Shown here: positions 39,047-50,217 of the stretch, in pieces
Position numbering within the stretch: the first letter of the stretch is position 1
How the letters are laid out: each line of letters starts with the position of its first letter
Assembly (NCBI GenBank): GCA_949289125.1
Contig: CASEME010000010.1
Span: 38,700-102,699, forward strand
Direction: 5' to 3'
Length of the DNA stretch: 64,000 bases
From: an uncultured Eubacteriales bacterium
GTDB lineage: Bacteria; Bacillota; Clostridia; Christensenellales; CAG-314
The notes under the pieces: generated by a model
Told to the model about the DNA's origin: nothing
Seen by the model: only the letters and a program-made list of their open reading frames with translations
Databases searched by the model: none
Position numbers and translations under genes: made by a program

Positions 39047-39496
39047 ATGAATAATACGCAAAAATTTGCCGAAAGATTGTTTGAGTTGTTGATTGACAAT
39101 GATATAAAACCAGCCAATCTTGCAGATAGGCTTGGCGTCAACAGAAAAGTAATAAGCCGTTATGTAAAAGGCAAAAGACTACCTTCTGTGGATATGGCTA
39201 TTCGTATGTCACAGCACTTTGAGTGTACTATAGATTTTTTGTTGGGAAGAAGTGACAACAATGGCAAAACAGAAGTTGTCAATGCACCACTGTTCAAAGA
39301 CAGAATAGTATATCTGTTGCAATTTTTTAACAAGACAAAATATGTAATAAGCAAAGAAACACACATTGATCAAAGTGTAATATATGATTGGCAAAAAGGT
39401 ACAGTGTCACCAAGTATGAATAGTATCATCAAATTAGCCGACTATTTTGATTGTTCTGTCGAGTTTGTGATAGGAAGAACACACAACTTGTATTAG
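39047..39496 (+). CDS. Tandem double XRE-HTH protein
   Basis: Two Cro/C1 repeats, each ending PS....A/S..F.C...F..GR. Confidence 0.82.
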   Translation: MNNTQKFAERLFELLIDNDIKPANLADRLGVNRKVISRYVKGKRLPSVDMAIRMSQHFECTIDFLLGRSDNNGKTEVVNAPLFKDRIVYLLQFFNKTKYVISKETHIDQSVIYDWQKGTVSPSMNSIIKLADYFDCSVEFVIGRTHNLY

Positions 39497-39630
39497 AAAT
39501 TTGTTTTGATAAAAAAGACGTTAATATATAGATAAAGAAAAAAGCACGACTAACAACAATTCAGTCATGCTTTTTTATTATTAGAAAATCTAAGATTTTG
39601 CGGTAATTTTAATTTTGATAAAATTACTAA

Positions 39631-39951
39631 TTATTTTTGAGAAAGAGTACGTAAAAGGTCAAATATAATCTGCCGTTTATCAACGGGCACTTTGTCAAAC
39701 AGTTCCAACAAAAGTATTTGCTGTTCGTCAAGATTGCTTTCTTCTACACCGCTGTAAAACTCCGCAACAGTAATACCCAATGCAGAGCAAATGTACTCAA
39801 TAGATTGTCTGTCGGGTGTAAAAGATTTTTTGTTAAACCAATCGTACACAGTAGTAAGATACAAACCCGATTCTTTTGCAAGTTTGTACTTGCTCCAACC
39901 GCGTTGTTCAATCAGCTCTAATATTCTTTGCTGAACTGTCAAAAAACTCAC
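39631..39951 (-). CDS. XRE-family HTH regulator
   Basis: RILELIEQRGWSKYKLAKESGL..TTVYDW....TP....IC.ALGITVAEFY. Confidence 0.85.
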   Translation of the reverse strand: MSFLTVQQRILELIEQRGWSKYKLAKESGLYLTTVYDWFNKKSFTPDRQSIEYICSALGITVAEFYSGVEESNLDEQQILLLELFDKVPVDKRQIIFDLLRTLSQK

Positions 39952-40079
39952 CTCTTCTTGTCACAATATTATGTGCTAACACTACTATTTTATATCTGTT
40001 GACACTAAAAATATTAAGTGTTACTATGTAATATATTATGTGTTCTAACAAGTAATAATATTGGAGGAAAGTATAAAAA

Positions 40080-40595
40080 GTGATTTGTTGTTGTACAGAA
40101 CATAGACCAAAAGGTTTTACATGGAAAATAAACGACAAGCAGTTGTTTGATAAATATAGAAAATTATTAAAAAATATGATTGTTCAATTGATTGATAAAT
40201 ATGATATAAAAAAGTTTATAAGTGGAATGGCATTAGGAGCAGATACAGATTTTGCAGAAACAATAATACAATTGAAAGAACAATACAAAATTAAATTGCT
40301 GTGTGCATTGCCGTGTAAAAATCAATGCTTGAAATGGAATTCATCCGATATAATGCGTTATAAAAATGTATTAAAAAAAGCAGACGAAATAGAAGTTATT
40401 AGTCAGCAATATACATCAACTTGTATGTATGAAAGAAATAAATTTATGGTGGATAACAGTAATATAGTATTGGCAATATGGAACGGAAACAAGAAAGGTG
40501 GAACTTGGCAAACAATAAATTATGCGAAAAGTAAACAAAAACAAATAGTATATATAAGATTAGATAAAATAGAAGATATGGAAGTAAAAATATAG
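40080..40595 (+). CDS. SLOG family (YspA/DUF1273-like) protein
   Basis: T(E)HRP, FISGMALGAD, RNKFMVDNS, GGTWQTINYA. Very AT-rich. Confidence 0.82.
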   Translation: MICCCTEHRPKGFTWKINDKQLFDKYRKLLKNMIVQLIDKYDIKKFISGMALGADTDFAETIIQLKEQYKIKLLCALPCKNQCLKWNSSDIMRYKNVLKKADEIEVISQQYTSTCMYERNKFMVDNSNIVLAIWNGNKKGGTWQTINYAKSKQKQIVYIRLDKIEDMEVKI

Positions 40596-40628
40596 ATTGA
40601 TAAAAAAATCACGACTAATAAAATAGTA

Positions 40629-41032
40629 ATGCTTTTTTTTTTGCACACAAAGCTAATAAAGCAAATAAGCCAATTATTTCAAATCAGCTCCAACGCTACT
40701 TAGCCGCAGGCAGAGCCTGTTTTTTGCGTTAAACAAAATATAGTAAACAGACCTAATTAACGCAAGACCTAATATACAACACTAAGTAGCTGTGTTCTAA
40801 CACTGACGGGACTTGTAAGGAGCGCAAGCGACGGAATAGCGAGCATAGAGAGCGTCACCTTATTTCATAGTCACGACAAATAGACAAAAAAGGACAGTGC
40901 CCCTAAAAATGGAGCAACATTAAAGAAAAAAAAGCACGACTAACAACAATTTAGTTATGCTTTTTTTTGCACACAAAGCTAATAAAGCAAATAAGCCAAT
41001 TATTTCAAATCAGCTCAAACGCTACTTAGCCG
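40629..41032. repeat. Direct repeats of about 77 bp next to tRNA-Pro, with a shared hairpin also at 39533-39576
   Basis: ATGCTTTTTTTTGCACACAAAGCTAATAAAGCAAATAAGCCAATTATTTCAAATCAGCTC.AACGCTACTTAGCCG at 40629-40706 and 40957-41032. Confidence 0.9.
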
Positions 41033-41043
41033 TGTGCTAACAC

Positions 41044-41120
41044 TGGTCGAGGTGACGGGACTTGAACCCACGACCTCTTGGTCCCGAACCAAGCGCGCTA
41101 CCAAACTGCGCTACACCTCG
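41044..41120 (-). tRNA. tRNA-Pro (CGG)
   Basis: Reverse complement CGAGGTGTAGCGCAGTTTGGTAGCGCGCTTGGTTCGGGACCAAGAGGTCGTGGGTTCAAGTCCCGTCACCTCGACCA: cloverleaf, anticodon CGG, encoded CCA. Confidence 0.97.
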
Positions 41121-41465
41121 ATAAGCGGTATGTATTATACAATATCTGCAACAAAAAGGCAATAGAATGAGCTGTTTTTGTTGAAAATAAAGGCAATAGG
41201 TAAAAATAAAAACAATGCGACTACGTTATAATATCAAATAATTGTTAAGATAATAAGCAAAATTATAGTAAATAGTTAAAAAAAGTCGGCAATTATCACA
41301 AATATACCGTTGATATTAAACACAAGTTAAATAAAATTAGCAAAAATTATTGCAATCAGGGTAAAAAAAGTGTATTATAAGTATAATACACATTGTATGC
41401 AACTTCATAAAGGGGTAAACATAGTATTGAAGACGCACACGAGAAAATAAAAAGGAGAGATAGTT

Positions 41466-42353
41466 ATGAGCGTACTACTGTGTGACAGCAATGGAGAATT
41501 GTGGTTTGACAGAGTAAAAGAATTGGGTATGGACTACATAAGTATGCCGTACACATTGGAGAATAAGGAATATTTTTATGACTTGGGAGAAAATACTGAC
41601 TTCAGGTATTTTTATGATGCAGTAAGAAAGGGCAAAATGCCCACCACTTCTGCACTTAACCCCGAAAACTACAAAGAGATACTTGAACCGTATCTTGAGA
41701 AGGGAGAGGACGTATTGTACGTCAGTTTCTCACACAAGATGAGCGGCACTTTCAATCAGCTTGACAAAGCGATAGACGAATTGCAACAAAAGTATCCAAA
41801 GCGCAAAATACGCGTATTTGATACAAAAAGTATTTCGTTGGGTGCAGGCATTCAGATGGAAGAAGCCGCACTTATGAAACAAAAGGGTGCAACGGACGAA
41901 CAAATAATAAAACACCTCGAGCAATTTACCAACAAAGTAGGCTTGTATTTTGTTGTGGATGACCTTATGCACTTGAAGCGTGGGGGCAGATTGTCCGCGG
42001 CATCGGCTTTTGCAGGTACACTGTTTGGTATCAAACCATTACTTACTACAGATGCAGAGGGCGGATTGGGAGCTATTGCCAAAATAAGCGGCAAAAAGAA
42101 AGCTCTTACTGCTATTGCACAAAAAGTAATTGAACAACTTGCCGATACGGAACACAGCGTATATGTTGTAGACGCAGATTGTCCACAGGACGGTGATTAT
42201 GTAAAAGATCTCATTTTGCAAAAACGTCCCGAAGCAAAAATTGTACGTCAGATAGTAGGACCGGTAATAGGTTCGCACTGCGGACCGGGCACGGTTGGAG
42301 TAATATTTGTAGCAAACGAGCGTCCTATACCGCTTAAAAATACTAAAGAATAA
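41466..42353 (+). CDS. DegV family fatty-acid binding protein
   Basis: PTTS, SHKMSGT, LKRGGR, GIKPLL, GPVIGSHCGPG. Confidence 0.94.
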   Translation: MSVLLCDSNGELWFDRVKELGMDYISMPYTLENKEYFYDLGENTDFRYFYDAVRKGKMPTTSALNPENYKEILEPYLEKGEDVLYVSFSHKMSGTFNQLDKAIDELQQKYPKRKIRVFDTKSISLGAGIQMEEAALMKQKGATDEQIIKHLEQFTNKVGLYFVVDDLMHLKRGGRLSAASAFAGTLFGIKPLLTTDAEGGLGAIAKISGKKKALTAIAQKVIEQLADTEHSVYVVDADCPQDGDYVKDLILQKRPEAKIVRQIVGPVIGSHCGPGTVGVIFVANERPIPLKNTKE

Positions 42354-42370
42354 CACACAAGGGGTAGAAT

Positions 42371-43495
42371 ATGGGCGTAACTATAAAAGAAATAAGTACA
42401 AAACGCGAAAAAAAGCAATTTTTCAAATTTTTGATAGATCTATACAGGGGCAACCCCTATGCTGCGCCGAGCTTGTATGAAGACGAATTTGCAGAGTTTA
42501 ACCCCGATATCAACGATGCTTTTCGTTTTTGCGAATGCAGGATGTTTTTGGCATACAAAGACGGCAAAATTGTGGGCAGAGTAGCGGGTATATATCACAA
42601 AGGCAGCAACGACAAAACAGGCCTTAAACAACTGCGGTTTACACGCTTTGACGTGATAGACGACTTTGAAGTGACCAAAGCACTGTTTGACAAGCTAAAA
42701 GAGTGGGCAAAGCAACTTGGTATGGACGAAATAATTGGTCCTATGAGTTTTTCCGACCTCAACGAAGAGGGTATGCTTATAGAAGGCTTTGACCAAGACA
42801 GTACGTATATAGAGTTGTACAATTACCCCTATTATGTACAACACATGGAAAAGTTGGGTGCGTACAAGGTAGTAGATTGGAACTGTTACCGCATAACTGT
42901 TCCGCAAGAGACAGACGAGCGTCTGGAAAGAATGAGCGACCTCATAATGAAGCGCAACAACTACACCATTTTGGACGTGGCGCACACTCCAAAAAAGAAG
43001 TTGGACGACTACATTATGCAGTGTATGACCGTGCTCGATATATCTTTCCGCAACTTGTACGGTACAAGTCCGCTTTCCGACAAACAAAAAGCACGCTTTA
43101 TGAAAACTATATATAGCGTACTAAAGCCCGAGTTTGCCTGCGTAGTATTGCAAAACGACAAAGTAATAGGTTACGGCTATATGTGGCCTGCAATGAGCGA
43201 AGTGTTGCGCAAGGCAAGAGGCAACATTATCAAGGCAATTATCCCCTATATTCGCACAATGAAACGTCCGCTTGTAGCAGAGCTTGGTAGCATAGGCGTA
43301 TTGGACGAACATCTTAAAAAAGGTGTTACTGCAATAATAATGAACCACTGCTTGAAGGGACTGCACAAAAACGGTACAAAGTATTTGGAATCCGGTCCGG
43401 AACTTGAGACCAACCACAATGTACAAAACTTGTGGAAAAACTATGAAAAAGTACTCAACAAACGCCACCGTTGTTGGGGACTAAAAGTAGAATAG
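42371..43495 (+). CDS. Double-GNAT N-acetyltransferase family protein
   Basis: GKIVGRVAG, RFTRFDVIDD, GPM.FSD..EEGMLIEGFD, YNYPYY, ELETN. Confidence 0.85.
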   Translation: MGVTIKEISTKREKKQFFKFLIDLYRGNPYAAPSLYEDEFAEFNPDINDAFRFCECRMFLAYKDGKIVGRVAGIYHKGSNDKTGLKQLRFTRFDVIDDFEVTKALFDKLKEWAKQLGMDEIIGPMSFSDLNEEGMLIEGFDQDSTYIELYNYPYYVQHMEKLGAYKVVDWNCYRITVPQETDERLERMSDLIMKRNNYTILDVAHTPKKKLDDYIMQCMTVLDISFRNLYGTSPLSDKQKARFMKTIYSVLKPEFACVVLQNDKVIGYGYMWPAMSEVLRKARGNIIKAIIPYIRTMKRPLVAELGSIGVLDEHLKKGVTAIIMNHCLKGLHKNGTKYLESGPELETNHNVQNLWKNYEKVLNKRHRCWGLKVE

Positions 43496-43504
43496 TAACA
43501 ATAA

Positions 43505-43539
43505 TGTCGGCTGCAACACTGTTGTAGCCGACAATTTTT
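43505..43539 (+). terminator. Terminator after the GNAT gene
   Basis: TGTCGGCTGCAACA-c-TGTTGTAGCCGACA followed by a T tract. Confidence 0.75.
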
Positions 43540-43698
43540 GTGTTATGAGTCAATGTTGTTAAATTGTCAAAAACACTAAACAGCACCAATTATTGACAGT
43601 AATTTCAAAAAAGAATATTATTTTCTTGTCTTAACAGCAACAGTGTCAGTAAAAACTGCTGACACAATGTGTTGACAACAATATGGAGGATAATTACT

Positions 43699-45540
43699 AT
43701 GAAAAAAGTAATAAGTTTGTTGCTGTGTATAGTAACAGTTGCAACGCTTTGTTTTGGCTTGGCTGCTTGCAACAATACAGAGACGGATGAAGGCACTCCC
43801 GTTGTGTTTGAAGACAACGCATACGACATGGCAAACAGCGGCGATAGTATTGGACAAAAGATACTTGATACAGCGTTGTCTGGAGTAGGTAGCGGGGTAA
43901 CAAGCGGAGTTTCCAAAGTAGTATCAAGCGTAGCAAGTTGGGCAGCCGAAGGCATTATCAAGTCGCTCGGTTTTGACTACTATGGCGAAGATTCTTACAA
44001 AAAAGAAGTTTTGGACAGACTGGAAGAGCTAAATGTAAGTATAACCAAGCTGGAAGGCAAAGTAGATTGGCTTACCAAGGCTTATGCTGACCAAAAATAT
44101 TACGACAAGTACACTGCTTTCAATACTGCATACAAGGCACTTTCTGCATCAATATATACGCCGTACAATTATCTTACCATTGTAGAAAAAAAACTTGGAA
44201 TTGGGCACGGAAAAAAATCTTGAAAGCGACCTTGATTCTATCTGCCAACAAGTCAAAGGCAATACCGGTACAAGCAAATCTCAATTACATACAGAGCTTG
44301 AAAGTTTTGCCGACAACTATTTTATCAGTAGTTCTGTGTCCTCAGTTACTGAATTGCAGGAACTGAGCATATTTAAGATTGCAGCCAAATTTGTACAAGA
44401 ATTCACTGCTTATGCCGAAAACAGATACAAGCAAGTGGAAGAAATGGTAAGCTATCCTTACAGTGCATTTTATGTAGGTTTGTCACTTGTAGTATTGGAT
44501 TACACTCGTACATTGGAACAAAACGGAGTAACTCAGTATTGGTTGGACGATCAAGGCAATCTTATCGGATACGAAATACAGGAAGTCGTTGATGGCACAG
44601 AGCAAGACAAAACACCGCAATACAAAACGACTGCTTATTGGAACTGTACAAGTTTGGAAAAAGACAAGTATGTTGAAAAATACGGCGAGCTTGTCAAAGG
44701 CACTGCTTTGGAAAAAGCCGAAGCAATGACAATCAACAATGCTCCCAACGGCGGAGTTTTGCAACCTACAGCACTCAATCTTACTTCCGCAATAGCAAAA
44801 TATTACAAGTCAATGAGTTGTACAACAACTTTATGGACAAATACGCTGTCAACAATGAGGAAGGCAAACGGACATTTACCGAACTTGGACAAAAAGCTAC
44901 TGTCAATGTATCCACTGTTTGGGCAAGAGATATATTGTCTGTTGACAAAATAGGCGGCGACGGCACTATCAAAATAAATTACGACGCTTTCGGTAATATT
45001 CACAAAGACGATTTTGAAAAATTTGCAAGTACAATATTGCCATACTCGTATGAGCTAAACAGTGACGGAAGCAAAAAGAAACTGACGTTCAGAGAGTTTT
45101 TTGAAAAAGAAGGTTTCAACTTCCCCACCAACAAAAGCACAAAATATCTTATACTTGGCGCACAAAAAGGGTTGTCGGACAGAGATCAATACGTTAACAA
45201 CGGCTACAAATATACAAAGTGTATAGCTGTTGTAAGCGTCAATCTTGATACAGTAGTAGAAGACTTTGTCAACAATAAGAGTTACGAATATATCTATTAC
45301 GCTATGTACTGCAGCAAAGTATCTGTGCCGTCCACTTGTGGACCCAAATTCAGAGAAAATTGGTATTTCGTGGAAGGCAAGACAGTTGGCAGAGATTACA
45401 TGAATACACTTTTATTTTCAACACAAGACCTCAGTACTTGGAAAAACAAGCTGTTTAGCAGTCCCACAGAGTATCTTACAATCAAGGGACTTTCGTGGAA
45501 TCCTGCTAAGGGCGTACAGAGTGTAGGCAATACTTTTTGA
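43699..45540 (+). pseudogene. Large lipoprotein (about 610 aa) broken into three frames
   Basis: LAAC lipobox. Extra base in the A8 run at 44186-44193 and a missing base near 44810 link ORFs 43669-44223, 44195-44953 and 44818-45540. Confidence 0.75.
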
Positions 45541-45556
45541 GGAAAACTGAAAATTT

Positions 45557-46242
45557 ATGAAATTGATTACTTCCGGATATTTTTTCTGGATAATGGGTTT
45601 TGTCGTCGGTCAGATATATTATCTGATCGACGCTCCATATTACGGAGAAAAGCGTATCAATGCTTTTTGCTACGGACTAATTAACCTTGTGGTCATGATG
45701 GTAGGCGCAAAAATAATGTATGTAATAGAAAACTTTGGTTTTGTATTGCAAAATGGATTAGGCTTTCAAGGCTTTTCGCTGTACGGTGCAATATTTATTC
45801 AACCGCTGTCCTGCTACCTTATATCTTTGATATGGAAAAAAGACATCAAAAAAGTGGCGTCCTTTGTAATAATACCAATGGTATTGATGCTTGCCTTTTA
45901 CCGCATTGACTGTACAATATCCGGCTGTTGCGGTGGCATAACAATAGGCAATTTTGTTTTCCCAACGCAGATAACAGAGTGTGTATTTTGCCTGCTTTTG
46001 GCAGGGACGTTTATATTTGTCATGCACAAAAAAGCAATGCTCAAAGGGCAGTGTTTTGTATGGTTTTTTGTGATATACGGAGCGTTCCGCTTTGTAATAG
46101 AATTTTTGCGTGTGCGCACCAACCTGTTTTGGTTATATCTGTTTCACATCTATGGTCGCTGTTATCTATCGGTATAGGAATCGTGCTCATTGTGTTCAAC
46201 AAACAGCAAATTAACAACAAAAACACTGCTTACGAAGCATAA
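45557..46242 (+). pseudogene. Prolipoprotein diacylglyceryl transferase (Lgt)-like paralog, 3' frameshift
   Basis: GAK, G.SLYGA, RI.C..SGCC.G, FPTQ..E, YG.FRF..EFLR. The last TM helix (ISVSHLWSLLSIGIGIVLIVF) lies in another frame after about 46130. Confidence 0.72.
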
Positions 46243-46254
46243 AAGAGGTATAAA

Positions 46255-48002
46255 GTGAAAAAAACTGTCTACTTGGTATTACTTATTATTTTTGTAGTTG
46301 TTGTGTTGGTAGCTTGTCAGCCAACCCAACCGCAACAACCGCAAAATGATGACAGCTATGCACTTTTTATGTACATGAGCGGTTCGGACTTGGAGAGTAG
46401 TTCGGGTGCGGCAAGTAGCGTTATTGAGAGCATACTTTCAACAACATACAGCAACAATGTAAAAGTGTTCATAATGCAGGCGGTTCTGTAAGTTGGAAAA
46501 ATGCAGAAATTCCTAACGACAGCGTAATGATATACGAGGCAACTAACGGGCAACTTGACGTCGTCAAAGATTGCGGATTGCTTAATATGGGCGACGAAAA
46601 CACGCTCAAAAGTTTTATGACCGTAGTAAACGGCGTAAAAGCGGACAAAAAAGTGTTGTTGCTTTGGGGGCACGGTTCTTCTTACGGAATATGCCCCGAC
46701 AGCTTATTTGGCAATGACATGCTTACTTATCAAGAATTGCAGTCTGCATTATATTACAACTATTTTGACCTCATCATTTTCAATGCGTGCTACACTGCCA
46801 ACCTTGATTTGATTACATTTGTGCAAAATTATGCTGAGTACGCCATAGCTTCCGAGGACGTTTTGCCCTCTTTAGGGTATGACTATCAAGCTATGTTGCA
46901 ACTGTTTGACAACAACAACGGCAAGGATATAGAGCAGATAGGCAAAGAGATAATAGACGATACTTTGTCAAAATACAGCAACAGTTCGCTCAAAGATACT
47001 TTGACGTTGTCTCTTGTCAACCTTGCCAAGCTAAGAGAGTACTATATACAAATAAACAACTGTTTTTACGAGTGACGCTATGATATAGACGATTGGCTAC
47101 GAAGTTTTTCCCTTGCCAATACAATAGGCAGTTGTGGCAAAGATTTTGTAGACGTATTAAGTCACTTTGACGGAAGTACTTATCTTGATGACATTTTGAG
47201 CGAGATAGTTACCTACGAAATACACGGCAATCGCTACGATACAGACGGACTGTATATCTATTACAAAGAAAATATCAACTCCAACGATATGCAGCAATAC
47301 ACCGCTAATTGCGCTTACAACAACTATCTCAAAGTAATGCAACACCTTGTTGAACTGAAAGAGGGCAACTATCTGACATATATCACCAGCACCAACAGTG
47401 GGCAAGGTGTGTGCGACGCTATACTCGATGAGTTTACGCTTATTTACGGCAGTACTTTTGCATATTCCTTTTATGACAGCAACAAAGAGTTAGTCAAGAC
47501 GGATACGTTGTGTATTGAGTCACAGTTAATGGACGGCAACAATTATACTTTCCTTTCCGTGCCGCAGGGAGCGTTGTTTTTGTTGCAACTCAACGGTCTT
47601 ACTCTCAATTATGAGCTGATTACTGTGCAGGAAAGTGAAGTCAGTCAGCATAGCAAACTAATCTATACCGCCAAAGCAGTAGTCAACGGCAAAAAATGCG
47701 TATTGTATTTTACTTACGACTTTAAGTATGACTTTGACAAGCAATACTTTGGACAGTTGGACGGTTACTACACTATGATAGGCTTTTTGCCAGAGAGTGG
47801 TGACGATTGGTTTGTCATTGAGGAGCTGAAAAAGGGCGACACAATAGAACTTAACGGACAGAGTTTTGTATATGACAGTCAGCCTATACAAAGAGTTTCT
47901 CTTCCAAATGGTTACTATATCACTATTACGGTTAGCGATATTTACGGCAATAAATATTACACGCCAAAGTTTGAAATAACCAACACCGCTGTCGGCAACT
48001 AA
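46255..48002 (+). pseudogene. Clostripain-family (peptidase C11) lipoprotein, disrupted
   Basis: LVAC lipobox, YMSGSDLES, LWGHG (His), FNACY (Cys), ASED. Frameshift near 46475 and a single in-frame TGA at 47073-47075. Confidence 0.8.
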
Positions 48003-48419
48003 AACTAACAATAGTTGCTACCATACTGTTTGGTGTGGTACCAAGTTATGTTTCAATATCATTAAAAGTTGTTTGCTACAGCAAAATATGTGCAAAAATA
48101 AAGCGAGAAGAACGTACAAAATGTTCTTCTCGCTTATTGTTTTGTTTAAGTTATTTTCCGCAAGTTGCAAGTTGGTGCCACCAACTGCCGACTATGTGTA
48201 CTTTAGCTGTAGTTTATGCACAAAAATACGCAATTTGTGGACAAGTATCTTTTGTAAAATGATGCAATAATTACAAAGCAGCTAACTTGTAAGTACAGCA
48301 CCGTTGTTTTGTCAACTATCTACTATGCGTAAAGTAAAGAGCTTACTTATCAAGTGGCAATTCACAACTGCGGCAACACACTTGTACTTGTTGCCAAACA
48401 ACTATTTAACGTGCAACTG

Positions 48420-49124
48420 TTACGCAATAGTAAGCGCAAGCTCCATCATCTGACGGAAGGAGTTTTGTCTTGCGTCGCTGTCCAATTCTTCACCCGTCAA
48501 CAAGTGGTCGGATATTGTGCAAATAGCAAGAGCATTTTTGCCTGCACGAGCAGCGTTCATATACAGACCTGCTGCTTCCATCTCAACAGCAAGCACGCCC
48601 ATCTTTGTCCATGCTTTGCCACCAACTCCGTCGTCATAGAAGAGATCGCTGGACAATAGATTGCCTACTTTGTAGCGTAGTTTCATATCACGTGCAGTAT
48701 TTACCGCCTTTTCCAACAGTTCAAAGGAAGCAATAGGTGCAAAAGTGCCGGGCAAACCAAACTGATTGCCATAGCTACTTGTTGTGCAAGCGCCCTGAGC
48801 AATAACAATGTCACGAAGTTTCAAATCTTTGTTGATAGCGCCCGCACTGCCTACTCTTATAATGTTGTCCACATCGTAAAAGTTGAACAATTCGTACGAA
48901 TAGATACCGATACTGGGTATACCCATACCGCTTGCCATGACAGACACACGCTTGCCTTTGTAGTTGCCGGTGTAACCTTGTACACCTCTTACGTTGTTGA
49001 CCAATACTGCGTCTGTTAGATAGTTTTCGGCAATGAATTTGGCTCTTAACGGATCGCCGGGCATCAATACGGTCTTTGCAAAGTCACCTTTTTTTGCTGA
49101 GATATGTGGTGTAGGAATAGGCAT
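48420..49124 (-). CDS. deoD: Purine-nucleoside phosphorylase
   Basis: PTPHI, MPGDPLRAK, GMGIPS, RVGSAG, VEMEAA, TISD. Confidence 0.97.
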   Translation of the reverse strand: MPIPTPHISAKKGDFAKTVLMPGDPLRAKFIAENYLTDAVLVNNVRGVQGYTGNYKGKRVSVMASGMGIPSIGIYSYELFNFYDVDNIIRVGSAGAINKDLKLRDIVIAQGACTTSSYGNQFGLPGTFAPIASFELLEKAVNTARDMKLRYKVGNLLSSDLFYDDGVGGKAWTKMGVLAVEMEAAGLYMNAARAGKNALAICTISDHLLTGEELDSDARQNSFRQMMELALTIA

Positions 49125-49450
49125 AGTTTTGTTTTCTCCTTGTCAATAAGTATTAGAGTGCGCTTTGTTGGCAACTACCGCAAAACGAACCACTACTCAA
49201 AAATTATACAGTATAACTACCACAATGTCAATAGTGATACAAAAGAGCATAGTAGCAAAAAGCAAAGATACAATAATTAGCCAAAAAAGCCATATATGTA
49301 CAGTCAAAACTACCTCAACTGCAATGATGTGAGCGGCAAACACTTGACTTAACTATTGCAATTTGTTACAATACTAATCTGAGTATAATGAGTATTATGC
49401 GTATTGCGTACTTTTGGTAGGCAACGCATTTTCAAATAAGGAGGAACATT

Positions 49451-49585
49451 ATGAAAAGAACCTATCAACCCAAAAAGAGACAGAGAAGCAAAGTACACGG
49501 TTTTCGTGCAAGAATGAAGACTACGGGTGGAAGAAGAGTACTTCAAAGAAGAAGAAACAAGGGTCGTCATCAGCTGTCTGCCTAA
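49451..49585 (+). CDS. rpmH: 50S ribosomal protein L34
   Basis: Below the ORF-track size cut-off. [44 protein letters not shown] after RBS AAGGAGG. Confidence 0.98.
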   Translation: MKRTYQPKKRQRSKVHGFRARMKTTGGRRVLQRRRNKGRHQLSA

Positions 49586-49616
49586 CGGATAACTGCACCA
49601 ACCCGCGAGGTGACAA

Positions 49617-49949
49617 TTGCAAGCAAAGTACAGACTGAAAAAAAACTTTCAATACAACTATGTGTACAAGCACGCAAAAACGGTGTCTGACGGCAATTTG
49701 GTAATACTATATTGCAACAGCAACAACAGACAAAGCAAAGTTGGCTTTTCTGTAGGCAAGCGTCAGGGCAATGCCGTCAAGCGCAACAGGCTAAGACGTC
49801 AGCTAAAGGCAGCAATGAGGCAGTTTATGCCAAGTGTTGTGCACAATCGCAACATAGTTGTTGTGCCGCGTCGCAGTACACCATATCTGTATAGCGACAT
49901 TGTTACAAGCGTCAATCAGTTGCTTACAAAGGCAGGGCTTTTGCAATGA
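49617..49949 (+). CDS. rnpA: Ribonuclease P protein component
   Basis: RLKKN..Y, VGFSVGKR.GNAVKRNRLRR. Confidence 0.96.
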   Translation: MQAKYRLKKNFQYNYVYKHAKTVSDGNLVILYCNSNNRQSKVGFSVGKRQGNAVKRNRLRRQLKAAMRQFMPSVVHNRNIVVVPRRSTPYLYSDIVTSVNQLLTKAGLLQ

Positions 49950-50191
49950 AGTACGTCGCAATAGCTCTGCTCAAATTGTACAAAGCCACTTTATCCAAAT
50001 GGAAAGGTGGCAAAAAGTGCATTTACACCCCTACTTGTTCGGTATATTCTATGGAAGCATACCGTCAGTACGGCTTTGTAAAGGGCACTATTCTTACGGC
50101 AAAACGCTTGTTGAGATGTGCACCGTGGGGGAAAGGCGGTTTTGATCCGTTGCCCTATGACAAAAAAGGCAAGGGCAAGTGGTATTTGTAG
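49946..50191 (+). CDS. yidD: Membrane protein insertion efficiency factor
   Basis: CIYTPTCS.Y..EA..YG..KG..RLLRC.PW..GG.DP. Confidence 0.95.
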   Translation: MKYVAIALLKLYKATLSKWKGGKKCIYTPTCSVYSMEAYRQYGFVKGTILTAKRLLRCAPWGKGGFDPLPYDKKGKGKWYL

Positions 50192-50217
50192 ACAAACAGC
50201 CTTATTTAGGAGAAACA

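Noticed and set aside
47073-47075. In-frame TGA as selenocysteine or recoding
   Set aside because: It is not at the catalytic Cys, no evident SECIS follows, the same gene has another frameshift, and TGA is a normal stop elsewhere in the window.
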